Below, one piece after another: positions 1 to 10,424 of a stretch of 64,000 nt of DNA. The stretch comes from a virus. Below the pieces are notes generated by a model. It was given only the letters and a program-made list of their open reading frames with translations. It was not told the DNA's origin and did not search any database. How positions within the stretch are numbered: the first letter of the stretch is position 1; each line of letters starts with the position of its first letter. The translations under genes were made by a program, and so were the position numbers. The stretch is from IMG/VR virus record IMGVR_UViG_3300037501_000111, positions 52,583 to 116,582 of that record. One strand, 5' to 3'.

Positions 1-447
1 AAAGGTCAAGGACAATCTATATTTGATAGTCGACGTAAAAAACCAACTCAGCAAGAATTTCAACAACAAGTACAACAAACGCAAGAAACTCTATCTGGTT
101 ACAAAAAACGAGCCGCCGAATTGTTTGTACAGTTTCAAAGAGCTATGGCCGATAAAACTCTACCACAGAATCGCAACATATTTAATCTAGAATCAGAAAA
201 AGAACTTCTTCAGAATATGATTGTGTTGGCAGCAGAAATTAATAGTGATCCAAATGAAAGAGAAAGTGAAGGCTCGCTTACTTGGATTGTGCTTTTATTA
301 AAAACTTGTTTCACTCAAAGAGATAAGTTGAATGAGCTAGAATATGCAATAGCACAGCTTCATAAAAAAACAGATCCTATTGCTATGGCTGATTTTATAA
401 ACAAAGAAATTACTAAAGCTCTTGACACGAAAAAAGGTAATGAATAA
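1..447 (+). CDS. Hypothetical protein, 5'-truncated by the window edge
   Basis: The frame of the 121..447 ORF is open back to base 1; helical, Q/K/E-rich. Confidence 0.7.
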   Translation, partial: KGQGQSIFDSRRKKPTQQEFQQQVQQTQETLSGYKKRAAELFVQFQRAMADKTLPQNRNIFNLESEKELLQNMIVLAAEINSDPNERESEGSLTWIVLLLKTCFTQRDKLNELEYAIAQLHKKTDPIAMADFINKEITKALDTKKGNE

Positions 448-634
448 ATTGACCATGACACCCAAAGAGCTACTTTTATCTTTAATTTCTGAAGAAAAAG
501 AGCGCTTCGGTCAATATTCTCAATTATGTGCCATATACCAAGTACCGCCCGATCCAATAGCAATAGCGAGACACCAGGGGAAACTGGAAGTGTTGCAGCG
601 GCTTTTGCAGGAAAAGATTATTATCAAGAGTTGA
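440..634 (+). CDS. Small hypothetical protein
   Basis: ATG at 440 preceded by AAAGG and overlapping the upstream stop; overlaps the next ORF by ~109 nt. Confidence 0.5.
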   Translation: MNKLTMTPKELLLSLISEEKERFGQYSQLCAIYQVPPDPIAIARHQGKLEVLQRLLQEKIIIKS

Positions 635-1143
635 TTAGTAGGGCCAATACAGTACCCATTACAAAGTTATTTCGTCATTATGGCATCCGCCTGGATGAAC
701 ATAATAAGAAAACAGCTTGTCCATTCAAATCGCATGCGGGTGGCCGTGAGCGTTCACCTTCATTCTGGTATTATCCTCATACAAATACGTTCCACTGTTT
801 TGGTTGCCACAAAGGTCCATCTTGTTGTGACTTTGTAGTAGAGATGGAACAATGTACGAAGGTACAAGCAGCTCAAAAGATACTACATCTATTTGAATCA
901 GATGTAGATGAGGATAATATGTACAACATGCAGGATTTTGATGAGCGTCTCAAAATAATGATGGACTTTTCAAACACTGTACGTGAGTTTTATCAGACTT
1001 ATTCGACCGAAAAAGCGGGGGTATATGTTGAGCAAGCGTGTAAAAAATTCGACACGCTGAACCTAAAGAAAAAGCTTAATAATGAGGCGTTAAGCCGAAC
1101 TGTTGAGAAACTGAAGGAATACATAAACCTATATAAACCATGA
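526..1143 (+). CDS. Stand-alone CHC2 zinc-finger (DnaG zinc-binding-domain-like) protein
   Basis: CPFKSH...ERSPSF...FHCFGC motif typical of the DnaG ZBD; no TOPRIM domain follows; true start uncertain. Confidence 0.8.
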   Translation: MCHIPSTARSNSNSETPGETGSVAAAFAGKDYYQELISRANTVPITKLFRHYGIRLDEHNKKTACPFKSHAGGRERSPSFWYYPHTNTFHCFGCHKGPSCCDFVVEMEQCTKVQAAQKILHLFESDVDEDNMYNMQDFDERLKIMMDFSNTVREFYQTYSTEKAGVYVEQACKKFDTLNLKKKLNNEALSRTVEKLKEYINLYKP

Positions 1144-1452
1144 AGAAAACTTGGGAAGAAAAACTAGAAGAAATTCTAGAAAATCATGATGATGTGTTCG
1201 GACATAATACCGAAGTAGATATCCATCGTTTTATGCGCGGGCTCAAAAAAAGCCGCTCGCACATGTGAAGAATTAGAGATTGATGTGGTTGATTATTACA
1301 CCATAAGAATCAAGCTTCCTGATCTTGTTTTTAAAGAAAGAGCAAAAGATAGGGAATTGGTATTGTTGTATATCTTAACGTCAAGCCCAATGCCAACTGA
1401 ATGCCGATACAATAAAAAGAAGGATCATTTGACTATAGAGTGGCATTATTAA
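1140..1452 (+). pseudogene. Hypothetical protein interrupted by a +1 frameshift in an A7 run (or a sequencing error)
   Basis: MKKTWEEKLEEIL... stops at 1268; removing one A at 1245-1251 gives a continuous ORF ...LKKAARTCEELEIDVV...EWHY* ending at 1452. Confidence 0.55.
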
Positions 1453-1490
1453 TGGCGATGTGCATGTAGGTAAATTTTCACATTCATTGT

Positions 1491-2092
1491 ATGAAGTATT
1501 TTTATCTGTACAGGATTACAAACATAATTAACGGAAAAGTTTATATTGGGCAAAGTGTTAATCCATGGGCTCGTTGGCGCAGACATAAATCTGATGTTAA
1601 ACTCGGCAAAGACAAAAAGCACTTTGCAAATGCTATTAGAAAGCATGGAGTACATAATTTCATTTTGATGTGATTGCGCAAGCAAAAACTCTAGAAGATA
1701 TTGATCAAACAGAAATCGATTGCATAAAACAGTACAAATCATCGGATAAAAAATATGGCTACAACATTGCGCTTGGTGGTAATGGTAAAAGGATAGTTTC
1801 CGAACGAACAAGAAAAAAAGATAGCTAAGTTTAGAATGGGCAAGAAAGCGACAGAAGAGACTAAACGTAGAATGTCTCAATCTATGATTGGTAAAATGCC
1901 GGAGAGAAGAATGGTATGTTCGGACTTTCAAGTGAAGATACCTCATGTGCTAAGTTGACATTGAGTCAAGCTAACGATATAAGAAGAGAGTACTTTGCTG
2001 GTGGCATTTCATCTATCAAATTAGCTGTGAAGTATGGCGTAAGCAAGAAAACTGTATGGAACATACTTCACAACAAGATTTACAAAAGCTAA
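1491..2092 (+). pseudogene. GIY-YIG homing endonuclease with NUMOD3/HTH tail, multiply frameshifted
   Basis: YLYRITNIINGKVYIGQS motif; downstream frames give YGYNIALGG, ATEETKRRMSQS and a C-terminal HTH GVSKKTVWNILHNK. Confidence 0.8.
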
Positions 2093-2100
2093 GGGACTGA

Positions 2101-3297
2101 ATGTCAACGGTAATAATTCTAGGTGATCCACACGTCGGTAAAGGAACAAACATCGGTAAAGGCGGTGTTGGTTCTACGCTCAATAGTCGCATTGTTGACC
2201 AACTAAACTTATTAGATTGGACGTTGGATCAGGCTGTTGAGCATCATGCAGATCACATCATCATCACTGGAGATGTATTTGAAGAGCCAAAGCCTCATCC
2301 AGCTTTAATTACTCTATTTATTTCTTGGCTCAAAAAATGTCAAGTACATGACATCAATGTGCATATCATTGTTGGCAACCACGATATTCTACGCAATGGT
2401 CTAGTATCAACTTCACCATTAGATATTGTGAGTGAAGTTGAATTAGACGGGATTAGTGTCTACAAAGACATTAACACAATCATAATTGGTACTACAGCTT
2501 TTACGCTCGTGCCATTTCGTGATAGAAAATCATTTAGCTCCAATTCTAACGCTGAAGCAATTGCGTTGGTTCGCGATAGTCTTGTCTATGAACTTGCTAG
2601 CATTCCAACCACCTATCGAAAAGTGTTGATAGGACATTTAGCGATCGAAGGTTCAATTCCAATTGGTGATGAAATTGACGATTTGGCTAACGAGTTGTTT
2701 TGTCCTTTGGATATGTTCCAAGGATATGATTATGTGTGGATGGGACATGTTCATAAACCTCAAGTAATGAAAAAGAAAAACCCTTATATTGCACACATTG
2801 GCAGTATGGATATTTCTAATTTTGGTGAAACAGATCATAAGAAACACATTGTAATTTTCCATTGTGATGAAGAGAATGGATGGAGTTCAGCGTATTTACC
2901 AACAAGACCATTGCAAAAAATCACAGTCAGTGTACCCAAAGGTACCGATGATACCACGGCCTATGTTTTGAGCGAAATCAAGAAGGCTGGGGTTCAAGAT
3001 AAGGCGATTGTAAAAGTAGAGGTATCACTTGCATCTCCTGAGTTGAAATCAATCAACAAATCAACAATCGAAAAGTATTTGACAGGGCAAGGCGCTTTCA
3101 ATGTCAATGCAATCTCAGAATTTAAGAAAGTTAACCTTATCAAAAAGGATAATAACAATACCATCGACTCAAAGATGGATGTGGCTGCCGCAATCAAAAC
3201 TTATGCGCAAACCTATATAGAAGATGCTGTAAGACCTGGCTTTATTGAATTAGCTATGGATATTCTTACCATCTACAAGGCCGAGGGCAAAGAATGA
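2101..3297 (+). CDS. sbcD: SbcD/Mre11-like metallophosphoesterase nuclease
   Basis: GDPHVG, ITGDVFE, VGNHD, GHLAI, MGHVHKPQ motifs; adjacent to the SMC ATPase. Confidence 0.9.
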   Translation: MSTVIILGDPHVGKGTNIGKGGVGSTLNSRIVDQLNLLDWTLDQAVEHHADHIIITGDVFEEPKPHPALITLFISWLKKCQVHDINVHIIVGNHDILRNGLVSTSPLDIVSEVELDGISVYKDINTIIIGTTAFTLVPFRDRKSFSSNSNAEAIALVRDSLVYELASIPTTYRKVLIGHLAIEGSIPIGDEIDDLANELFCPLDMFQGYDYVWMGHVHKPQVMKKKNPYIAHIGSMDISNFGETDHKKHIVIFHCDEENGWSSAYLPTRPLQKITVSVPKGTDDTTAYVLSEIKKAGVQDKAIVKVEVSLASPELKSINKSTIEKYLTGQGAFNVNAISEFKKVNLIKKDNNNTIDSKMDVAAAIKTYAQTYIEDAVRPGFIELAMDILTIYKAEGKE

Positions 3298-5522
3298 AAC
3301 CATCCAGGCTCTATGTAAAAGATTTTATGTGCTATGATGATGCTTATATTGATTTTTCTCAGTTTAGTTCAGCATTAATTGTTGGGAAAACAGAAAACAA
3401 TAATGAAGTTTCTAATGGTGTAGGTAAAACTACACTATTCCGAGCGATCGAATATTTACTCTTTAACTATTCAGATGTTAATCTAGAGGATATTATTCGT
3501 GATGATGCTGATAAGTGTAGTGTGACATTTGATTTTATTGTTGGTAACGAAGAATATAGAGTCACGCGCACGCGCACGCGCAAAGGCGCCACCGATCTTA
3601 CGCTCTACAAACGTACTGCTCTAGATGGCGATGAAACCGAAGCTCTTCACTCTATTAGTGGCGATCGTTATACTCCTATTGTAGATGATACTGATAAGTA
3701 TTGGAAAGACATATCGGGCCGTCGCTCTGCCGATACAGATAAAGAGTTAGCCAAGTTAGTTAAAGTGAACTTGAAATCTTTTAGAATTTTCATACATTTT
3801 CTACAGCGCGATTTTGGCGGTTTAACCACCGCTACTCCTGAGGCTCGTAAGAAAATTCTCAAAGATGCCTTGAACCTTATTGTATATTCAAAGCTAGAAA
3901 AGATTGCTAAAGATAAATCATCAGCCCTTTCTAAAGAGGCTGATAAGTTTCGTACACTTATAAGTAGCTTAGGAGATCCAGATGCTGTTATGACAGACAT
4001 CTCTGCTAAACTTATGGATGTAGAAAAAGAAATATCCGTTCGTTCTCTTAAAGTAGGAGATTTTGAAGTTCAGATTAATGTCATTAATGAAAAAATTAAT
4101 CAACTAGTAAATGAGCATTCTAATCTAGAAAGTAAATTCTCTAATTTGGTGGCTAAAGAACAATCTCTTAATATTGAAAAAACAAAGATAGAAACTTCTA
4201 TTAAAGAATATACTACTAAGAAATCTAATATAGTTAAACTTGCTCACGAAACCGTAGCAGAATTAAAAGAGTTTGAAGATACTCAAATTAAATTGGCTGA
4301 GCTAGATTTTAACCAAATAGATATTCTTTCAGAGAAGATTATTGCAAATAAAGAAAAGATAGCTCAGTTAAGTTTAACTATTCAAAATGATATGACGCGA
4401 GCTGAAAAGCTAAGAAAACCAATTCCTGAAGATGGCGAATGTGAAGAATGTCGTCAGCCTATCACAATAGAACATAGAAAAATTTGTCAGAAAAAAATCG
4501 ATCAAGAATTGCGTGAAAAGCAAATTAACATTCAAAATTGTAAGAAAGAGATTTCAACTTTGAATACGGAGAATGCTGTTCACCAGCAAACTATTAATAC
4601 GCTTACATTGTCTAAACAGAATCTTGAAAGTATCAATGGTAAAATATCTGCCAAAAAGAAAGAAGTGGCAGATAGGCGCACTATTCATGATGAGTATAAG
4701 ATCCTACTAGATAAATTCAATGAGGAGTTGGAAGAGAAGATAAAAGAAATGGATGCTATATCCCAGCAACTTCAAAATTCTTCAGCAATTAAAGAAGCTA
4801 AGATTCTTGAAAAACAAATACAAGAAGAAAAGCAAAAGGCAAAAACTATTGAGTCACAAAACTTGATTAACAATAAAGAGCTAAACCATTTTAATAGTAC
4901 TAAAGCTGTTCTTCAGCATGATTTAAACCAAAGGATTGATGAAAAGCGCAAAAAGATTGAATACAGTAAACTACTTAAAGAAATTGAAGATAAACTGGGA
5001 ATGTATCCGGCCGTTGTACAAGCATTTTCTAGTACTGGTATTCCTAATCTAATAATTCAAAATGTCCTTGATGATTTACAAATTGAGTCCAATGCTTTAC
5101 TTACGCAATTAAAACCTGGGTTGCAGTTATCTTTTTCTGTTGAAAAGACTATTGAAAAGACAGGAGACCAAGCGGACACTTTAGATATTCATTATACTGT
5201 TAATGGTAAAAAACGATATTATGAGAATATCTCTGGTGCTATGCAGTTGGCTGTCAATTTTAGTTTGAAATTGGGGCTTTCATTTTTGTTACAAAAATTA
5301 AGTGGTGTAGATGTTCGATTCCTATTATTAGATGAAATTGATCAGTCTTTGGATAAAGCAAGTGTAGATTTCTTTGCAGATATAGTTAAGCTTTTCTCAA
5401 AGGACTATACTATTTTAGTCATTACCCATAATGATCGTTTGAAAGATAAATTCTCACATGCAGTATTGGTAGAACAAGATATAAACATGGTATCACGTGC
5501 GAAAGTTGTTTCATCGTGGTAA
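3294..5522 (+). CDS. sbcC: SbcC/Rad50-like SMC ATPase
   Basis: Walker A SNGVGKTT, coiled coil with zinc hook CEEC, signature ISGA, Walker B LLLDEID, ITHN. Confidence 0.92.
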   Translation: MKPSRLYVKDFMCYDDAYIDFSQFSSALIVGKTENNNEVSNGVGKTTLFRAIEYLLFNYSDVNLEDIIRDDADKCSVTFDFIVGNEEYRVTRTRTRKGATDLTLYKRTALDGDETEALHSISGDRYTPIVDDTDKYWKDISGRRSADTDKELAKLVKVNLKSFRIFIHFLQRDFGGLTTATPEARKKILKDALNLIVYSKLEKIAKDKSSALSKEADKFRTLISSLGDPDAVMTDISAKLMDVEKEISVRSLKVGDFEVQINVINEKINQLVNEHSNLESKFSNLVAKEQSLNIEKTKIETSIKEYTTKKSNIVKLAHETVAELKEFEDTQIKLAELDFNQIDILSEKIIANKEKIAQLSLTIQNDMTRAEKLRKPIPEDGECEECRQPITIEHRKICQKKIDQELREKQINIQNCKKEISTLNTENAVHQQTINTLTLSKQNLESINGKISAKKKEVADRRTIHDEYKILLDKFNEELEEKIKEMDAISQQLQNSSAIKEAKILEKQIQEEKQKAKTIESQNLINNKELNHFNSTKAVLQHDLNQRIDEKRKKIEYSKLLKEIEDKLGMYPAVVQAFSSTGIPNLIIQNVLDDLQIESNALLTQLKPGLQLSFSVEKTIEKTGDQADTLDIHYTVNGKKRYYENISGAMQLAVNFSLKLGLSFLLQKLSGVDVRFLLLDEIDQSLDKASVDFFADIVKLFSKDYTILVITHNDRLKDKFSHAVLVEQDINMVSRAKVVSSW

Positions 5523-5530
5523 GGGGCCAG

Positions 5531-6133
5531 ATGTATAAGATTGCAATCTGCGGCAAAGCCAATACAGGCAAAAACACATTAGCCAATCTATTGCTAGATG
5601 AGATTTTCAAAATTAATAATAATGAGTATTTTACTCCTAAGTTTATGGCATTTGCTGATCCAATCAAAGAGATTATAATGACCATGTTTCCGCGTGCTAA
5701 CAAAGAATTTCTATATGGACCATCTCATTTTAGAGCGGAGGTTATTCCAGGAGCATTTAAGGATGGTAAGCCTCTTACTTACCGTCAAGCACTAATTGAT
5801 ATTGGAACAGAAGTTGGTCGTAAGTATAGTGACCGTATTTGGTTAGAGAATTTTGACCATCGTTTTGAAAACTTATCAAAAGAGTCTTTTACATCCAATG
5901 TCGTGATTGTAACGGATGTTCGATTCCGAAATGAATTTGATCACCTAAAAGAAAAAGGATTTTTTCAGATACGTTTGTATCGAGATACTGGTGCCCCCGA
6001 GATTCAACATATTAGTGAAACCGGCCAAAGTTCTATTAAGGATGAAGAATTTGACTATGTATTGTTTAATACTAAATCATTGGAAGAGCTAAGAGAGGAG
6101 GTTCGTTGTCAGATCATACCCAGAATTTCTTAA
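5531..6133 (+). CDS. Deoxynucleoside monophosphate kinase
   Basis: GKANTGKNT P-loop, AFADPIKE, R.ALIDIGTEVGR, VTDVRFRNE and HISE motifs of T4 gp1-like kinases. Confidence 0.85.
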   Translation: MYKIAICGKANTGKNTLANLLLDEIFKINNNEYFTPKFMAFADPIKEIIMTMFPRANKEFLYGPSHFRAEVIPGAFKDGKPLTYRQALIDIGTEVGRKYSDRIWLENFDHRFENLSKESFTSNVVIVTDVRFRNEFDHLKEKGFFQIRLYRDTGAPEIQHISETGQSSIKDEEFDYVLFNTKSLEELREEVRCQIIPRIS

Positions 6134-6168
6134 TAGGCAAGACTATTAATACTTTCGTATGTTCTCAA

Positions 6169-6483
6169 ATGAGCGTTGAAGCCCTAAAAAAGAATTTTGT
6201 ACCGAAATACTTGGCGACAGGAGAGCGGAAATTCTATCGCTTTCTAATCCTTTACGCTCTAAACAAACTAATATACATTGAAAAAGGCTCCTTCAAGGGT
6301 AAACCGCCCGAGTTGGAGTTTTTAGATTATTACGACCAATTCATAATTTTGTATAGAAGAGAAGGTGAGGAAGTCTATTTAGAGCTAGCTAGAGTCTTTA
6401 GAAGGGTAGCTCATAAAGTTTATCGAGTTATGTTAAAAAAGAACATGACAGAAAGAAATGCAAAATTTCTCAATTTGGTATAA
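6169..6483 (+). CDS. Hypothetical protein
   Basis: ORF; ATG at 6169 chosen because it avoids overlap with the kinase. Confidence 0.6.
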   Translation: MSVEALKKNFVPKYLATGERKFYRFLILYALNKLIYIEKGSFKGKPPELEFLDYYDQFIILYRREGEEVYLELARVFRRVAHKVYRVMLKKNMTERNAKFLNLV

Positions 6484-6484
6484 T

Positions 6485-7519
6485 ATGGCAGTTATTAGCG
6501 TTACAGTTACACAATCGTCAGAACAAGTAGTAGCAGGAATACCAAAAACAGTTTCCATTACTACTAACATCACATCCACTATTTTCTATACTTTGGATGG
6601 AACAGATCCAACCTTATTCTCTACTATTTATACTGGGCCTATTTTTTTACCATTTGACCAATTATTGGTTACGCTTAAAATATTAGCTACTAATGGTGTT
6701 GATTCATCTCCAATTGTGGTTGAGCAATATATGACCAACATAGTAGATGGTAATGCACGTTTAGGGCATGCTGGAACTACCGCTCAAGCAGGGAGTGTAG
6801 TTCCGAATGCTTACCCATTTGGTACACCTCCATTTCAACCTCAACAAGGTTATGTTAATCCTGCCGAGGCTGGGCCATATGGTGGAGCTGTCTATAATCC
6901 AGAGCTACCAGCCACTCCTACAGGTTTTGATGGACAAGGTAACCCAACAGGGTATACCAATCAGCCGTACAATATTACAAATTATCAGATAACATATACT
7001 AATAGAGATGCTTTGGGCAATCAAGGAAGCAACATCGGTAACTTACCAGGTAAAACCATTTTACCCTATCCAAGTGATGTTCAACCAGACAAAGGGCAAA
7101 CTTCAGGACAAGGTCCAGAAGAGACTAATCAATTTACATCATTATTTGATCCACGAGCAATGGTTATTTTTCAGGATTTCAGTACCGAAGATCCAAGTGA
7201 TCCTCCACAAATTAATAGACAGTTTTTCTCACTAGAAAATGCTGAGAGAGCAAGAGATGGAACTTTCTATTTTAATACAGGATTAGATGCTTCGGCTCCA
7301 GTTAGTGGTTCTTTTGTAAGAGCACATTACAATCCACGCACTAATACAATGACTCATTACTATAGAGATTCTTGGTCTAATAAATGGATTATTTCAACTG
7401 CACCTTATCAACCAACTGGAACATTTGATGGTAATATGGCTCAAATGGCAATGGGAACTAAGAGTGGCGCGGGAGTTATTTTTGAATGGTTGCCCTTCGC
7501 AAGACGTGTTCTATTCTAA
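6485..7519 (+). CDS. Protein with an N-terminal Fn3-associated/CHB_HEX_C-like Ig domain, possibly virion-associated
   Basis: TIFYTLDGTDPT...YTGPI motif; G/P/T/N-rich remainder. Confidence 0.65.
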   Translation: MAVISVTVTQSSEQVVAGIPKTVSITTNITSTIFYTLDGTDPTLFSTIYTGPIFLPFDQLLVTLKILATNGVDSSPIVVEQYMTNIVDGNARLGHAGTTAQAGSVVPNAYPFGTPPFQPQQGYVNPAEAGPYGGAVYNPELPATPTGFDGQGNPTGYTNQPYNITNYQITYTNRDALGNQGSNIGNLPGKTILPYPSDVQPDKGQTSGQGPEETNQFTSLFDPRAMVIFQDFSTEDPSDPPQINRQFFSLENAERARDGTFYFNTGLDASAPVSGSFVRAHYNPRTNTMTHYYRDSWSNKWIISTAPYQPTGTFDGNMAQMAMGTKSGAGVIFEWLPFARRVLF

Positions 7520-7559
7520 ATCGATATATAAGTATTACACATTAAACGAAAGAATATTA

Positions 7560-8345
7560 ATGACAGAAGATTTACGTTTGTCGGCGAGTAAAACCAAGAC
7601 TTTCTTGGATTGTAAAGCCAAGTACAAGTTTTGTTATATTGAAAAACTGCCACGCAAAGACTGGGACTTTCATATTTTTGGCAAATTCTGCCATAGTGTT
7701 TTAGAGTTTTTTCACAAGCAGTATATTGAAGGTTGTTTGTTACCATACAATGTTACAATGAATGATGCCTTTAAACATGCACTGGAAGAGTTTAAAGATA
7801 AGATGACTCCTGAAATGAAGAAGGAGTGTTTTCAAATTATTGACCAGTATTTGCGTTTAATTACCAAAGATAAACAAGGTGGCATGCCAGCCAACGTAAT
7901 TGCGGTTGAAAAAAGATTTGACTTTGCCATCGCTGAAAATCTTGTATTAAACGGAGCAATTGACAGGATTCAATTGGATGTTGATAATGTAATCCACGTG
8001 GCGGACTACAAAACCACGAAAAACAAAAAATATCTCAAAAACGACTTCTTTCAGCTTTTAACATATGCTTATGTTATAGTGTCTGAAGACCCGAGTATAG
8101 AGAAAGTGCGAGCGTCTTATATTTTACTCAGACATAATTTTGAATATGTGACAGTTGAGTTTAATAAGGAAGAAATTTTAGCGGTAAAAGATAAGTACGA
8201 AGAGTATGCAAAGCAAATGCTTTCTGAGAAAGAGTTTAGACCAAATCCTACGATTCTCTGTCGTTTCTGTGATTATTCTGATGTATGTGTAGAAGGAAAG
8301 AAAATGTTAGAACCTTCGAAAATATATGGAGAAGTTGCGTGGTAA
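7560..8345 (+). CDS. PD-(D/E)XK RecB/Cas4-like exonuclease
   Basis: LSASK...C, G..CHSVLE, GAIDRI, VADYKT, QL..YA, C-terminal C..C.....C cluster. Confidence 0.85.
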   Translation: MTEDLRLSASKTKTFLDCKAKYKFCYIEKLPRKDWDFHIFGKFCHSVLEFFHKQYIEGCLLPYNVTMNDAFKHALEEFKDKMTPEMKKECFQIIDQYLRLITKDKQGGMPANVIAVEKRFDFAIAENLVLNGAIDRIQLDVDNVIHVADYKTTKNKKYLKNDFFQLLTYAYVIVSEDPSIEKVRASYILLRHNFEYVTVEFNKEEILAVKDKYEEYAKQMLSEKEFRPNPTILCRFCDYSDVCVEGKKMLEPSKIYGEVAW

Positions 8346-8548
8346 ACAAAATTTGTAATAAAGCAATCAATGAAATTATTGAACAGCTTATTGCTAATGA
8401 AAGTCAACATAAAGTATCTCAAAGTGATCCGAATGCCACTTTTCAAGCTGTCGATCTTAATGTTAAGTTTGTGCTAAACATTGAAGATAAAGATAACAGA
8501 GTAAAGCCGTTTCAGATGTTCTGCAATCCCGTAGTAGATTTAAAGTAA
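8339..8548 (+). CDS. Small hypothetical protein
   Basis: 3' part of the 8285..8548 ORF fills the gap; start uncertain. Confidence 0.45.
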   Translation: MVNKICNKAINEIIEQLIANESQHKVSQSDPNATFQAVDLNVKFVLNIEDKDNRVKPFQMFCNPVVDLK

Positions 8549-8557
8549 GAGGAAACA

Positions 8558-9808
8558 ATGCAAATTGAAGTAACTGAATTAGAACCATGCAGATTGTCTG
8601 TTCACTATGAAGCTAACTTCCTGGAAATCTCTGATAAGAGAGCAGAAGTAGAAAATGCTTTTAAGAAAGCCCCAGTGCCCGGATTTAGGCCAGGTAAGCC
8701 TGTACCACCAGACGCTATTAGGGTGTATTATCGTCAACAAATTGATGATTCTCTAAAGCGAGCTTTGGCAGAAGATGCATTTCACAATACTCTTTTCGAA
8801 AAGAAGATTAGACCACATGGCGCCCCTCGTTTCAATAATTTACTATTAGATGGTGGTAAGTTTACTTGTGATTTTGAAATTTTGACAAAACCAGATTTTG
8901 AAATTCCTGATTGGAAAAATATGGAAGTTGTAAAACCACATGGTGAAGTAGAGGCGTCTGTACTTGCCGAAAAGATGATGCAGGAGTTGCGTGTCCGTTT
9001 AGGTGAAGTATCTCCTTATGGCGATACGGACTTTGTTCAATCTGGCGATAATGTTCTCATCGATTACAAAGGTAGTGTAGACGGTGAAGTTGTAGAAAGC
9101 TTAGTTGCTGAAGGCGAAATGATTACCGTAGGTAATAGTCCATTAGCAGCATTTGATAACAACTTATTGGGCATGTCACTAGATGAGACTCGTGAATTTG
9201 ATTTTATTGCTCCTGCTCAAGGGCTTCCTTCTTTAGCAGGAAAGACCATTCATTTCGTAGTTACTGTAAAGATGGGAACTAAAACTGTACCATGTGCTCT
9301 TGATGATGAAATGGCTAAGAAGATGGGTAAAACTACCTTTGCTGAATTGCAAGAAACTGTTGCTCAGGCTGCCTTTGCACGTTCAGCCAGTATGAAGAAA
9401 CTAGCAATTCAAGAGGCTGTGGCCAGAAAGCTTGTTGATAGTGTTGATATTAAAGTTCCAAACTGGATGTCTTTGTCTGAGGCTCAATATTTGAGCCACC
9501 AATCACAAGTAGATTGGAATACTATGCCAGATGTAGACCGAGAGAAGATGATTGAAATGGCCGAGCAAAATGTTAAGCTATCTCTAATTTTAGATAAGAT
9601 TAGAGAGGCTGAGCCAGAAGCACAGCTAACTGATCAAGAGGTGTTTGAAATCATCAAGCAAAATTTGGCTAATACCAAAGTAACTCAAAGCTTAGATGAA
9701 GTTATTCAACAGATGAACAAGACTGGTTATTTGCAAATCTTGTTCTCACGTATTAAAGATGAAAATACTATGGACTTCATAGTGAAGTCAATAAAATTGA
9801 TTGATTAA
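8558..9808 (+). CDS. tig: Trigger factor-like chaperone
   Basis: Ribosome-binding signature VPGFRPGK, FKBP-like domain (GDNVLIDYKGSVDGE...F...LLGM), C-terminal helical domain; SD GAGG. Confidence 0.9.
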   Translation: MQIEVTELEPCRLSVHYEANFLEISDKRAEVENAFKKAPVPGFRPGKPVPPDAIRVYYRQQIDDSLKRALAEDAFHNTLFEKKIRPHGAPRFNNLLLDGGKFTCDFEILTKPDFEIPDWKNMEVVKPHGEVEASVLAEKMMQELRVRLGEVSPYGDTDFVQSGDNVLIDYKGSVDGEVVESLVAEGEMITVGNSPLAAFDNNLLGMSLDETREFDFIAPAQGLPSLAGKTIHFVVTVKMGTKTVPCALDDEMAKKMGKTTFAELQETVAQAAFARSASMKKLAIQEAVARKLVDSVDIKVPNWMSLSEAQYLSHQSQVDWNTMPDVDREKMIEMAEQNVKLSLILDKIREAEPEAQLTDQEVFEIIKQNLANTKVTQSLDEVIQQMNKTGYLQILFSRIKDENTMDFIVKSIKLID

Positions 9809-9823
9809 CAGGGAGAAAGTATA

Positions 9824-10144
9824 ATGGGAAAGAAAGATAATGGTCCTTTAACCTCTTTACCAAAGAAGTGGGACGATCTCATTAAGAAGATGCCGGAATT
9901 CAAAGACACTGCTGATGCAGCTAGTGTTGATGAATTAAAGAAAATTATCGTTGAATGTGAGGGTAATATCTACACAGTCAATCGAGAAGAAGATGCAGAT
10001 GATAAGTTAACCGCAGCTAGAGAAATGTCTAAAGAGCTAGCTGCTCCTTATCGTGATGCTAAGAAAGTACAACAGGCAAAAATTCAATATGCTCTACTTT
10101 GCTTAGAGAGCAAGGGAGTAGACCTAGATAACAAAGGCGACTAA
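9824..10144 (+). CDS. Hypothetical coiled-coil protein
   Basis: ORF with GGGAG SD. Confidence 0.7.
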   Translation: MGKKDNGPLTSLPKKWDDLIKKMPEFKDTADAASVDELKKIIVECEGNIYTVNREEDADDKLTAAREMSKELAAPYRDAKKVQQAKIQYALLCLESKGVDLDNKGD

Positions 10145-10422
10145 TGAAAGTCGAAAGGTTCCTTATTCAAGCATGCTGTAACAAGAAGCAAATAGTTTTT
10201 AAACTAGATAGGCCAATTGATAATAGCTTACTTGAAGTTCTGAAAAGTAATGGGTATACAGAAGCTGCCCACTTTACTAAAGCAGGAATGCTATATGCCG
10301 ATAATCTGGACTTAATAGTGACGGGTCCATTTGGTGGCGATAAGCTAAATGCTAAGTGTAAAAGAGCAGACTGTGACCAAATCCTCAATGATCTTGAGGC
10401 GTTGCTTGTCAGAACGGAGTGA
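10144..10422 (+). CDS. Hypothetical protein
   Basis: TAATG-coupled ORF. Confidence 0.65.
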   Translation: MKVERFLIQACCNKKQIVFKLDRPIDNSLLEVLKSNGYTEAAHFTKAGMLYADNLDLIVTGPFGGDKLNAKCKRADCDQILNDLEALLVRTE

Positions 10423-10424
10423 GG

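Noticed and set aside
1449..1946. 165-aa minus-strand ORF
   Set aside because: Antisense to the decayed GIY-YIG gene, with implausible composition
3563..3581. CACGCG x3 microsatellite
   Set aside because: It simply encodes TRTRTR in the SbcC beta strand, in frame
7560..8345. Cas4-like nuclease as a sign of CRISPR-Cas
   Set aside because: No repeat-spacer array or other cas genes seen; solo Cas4/RecB-like nucleases are common in phage replication modules
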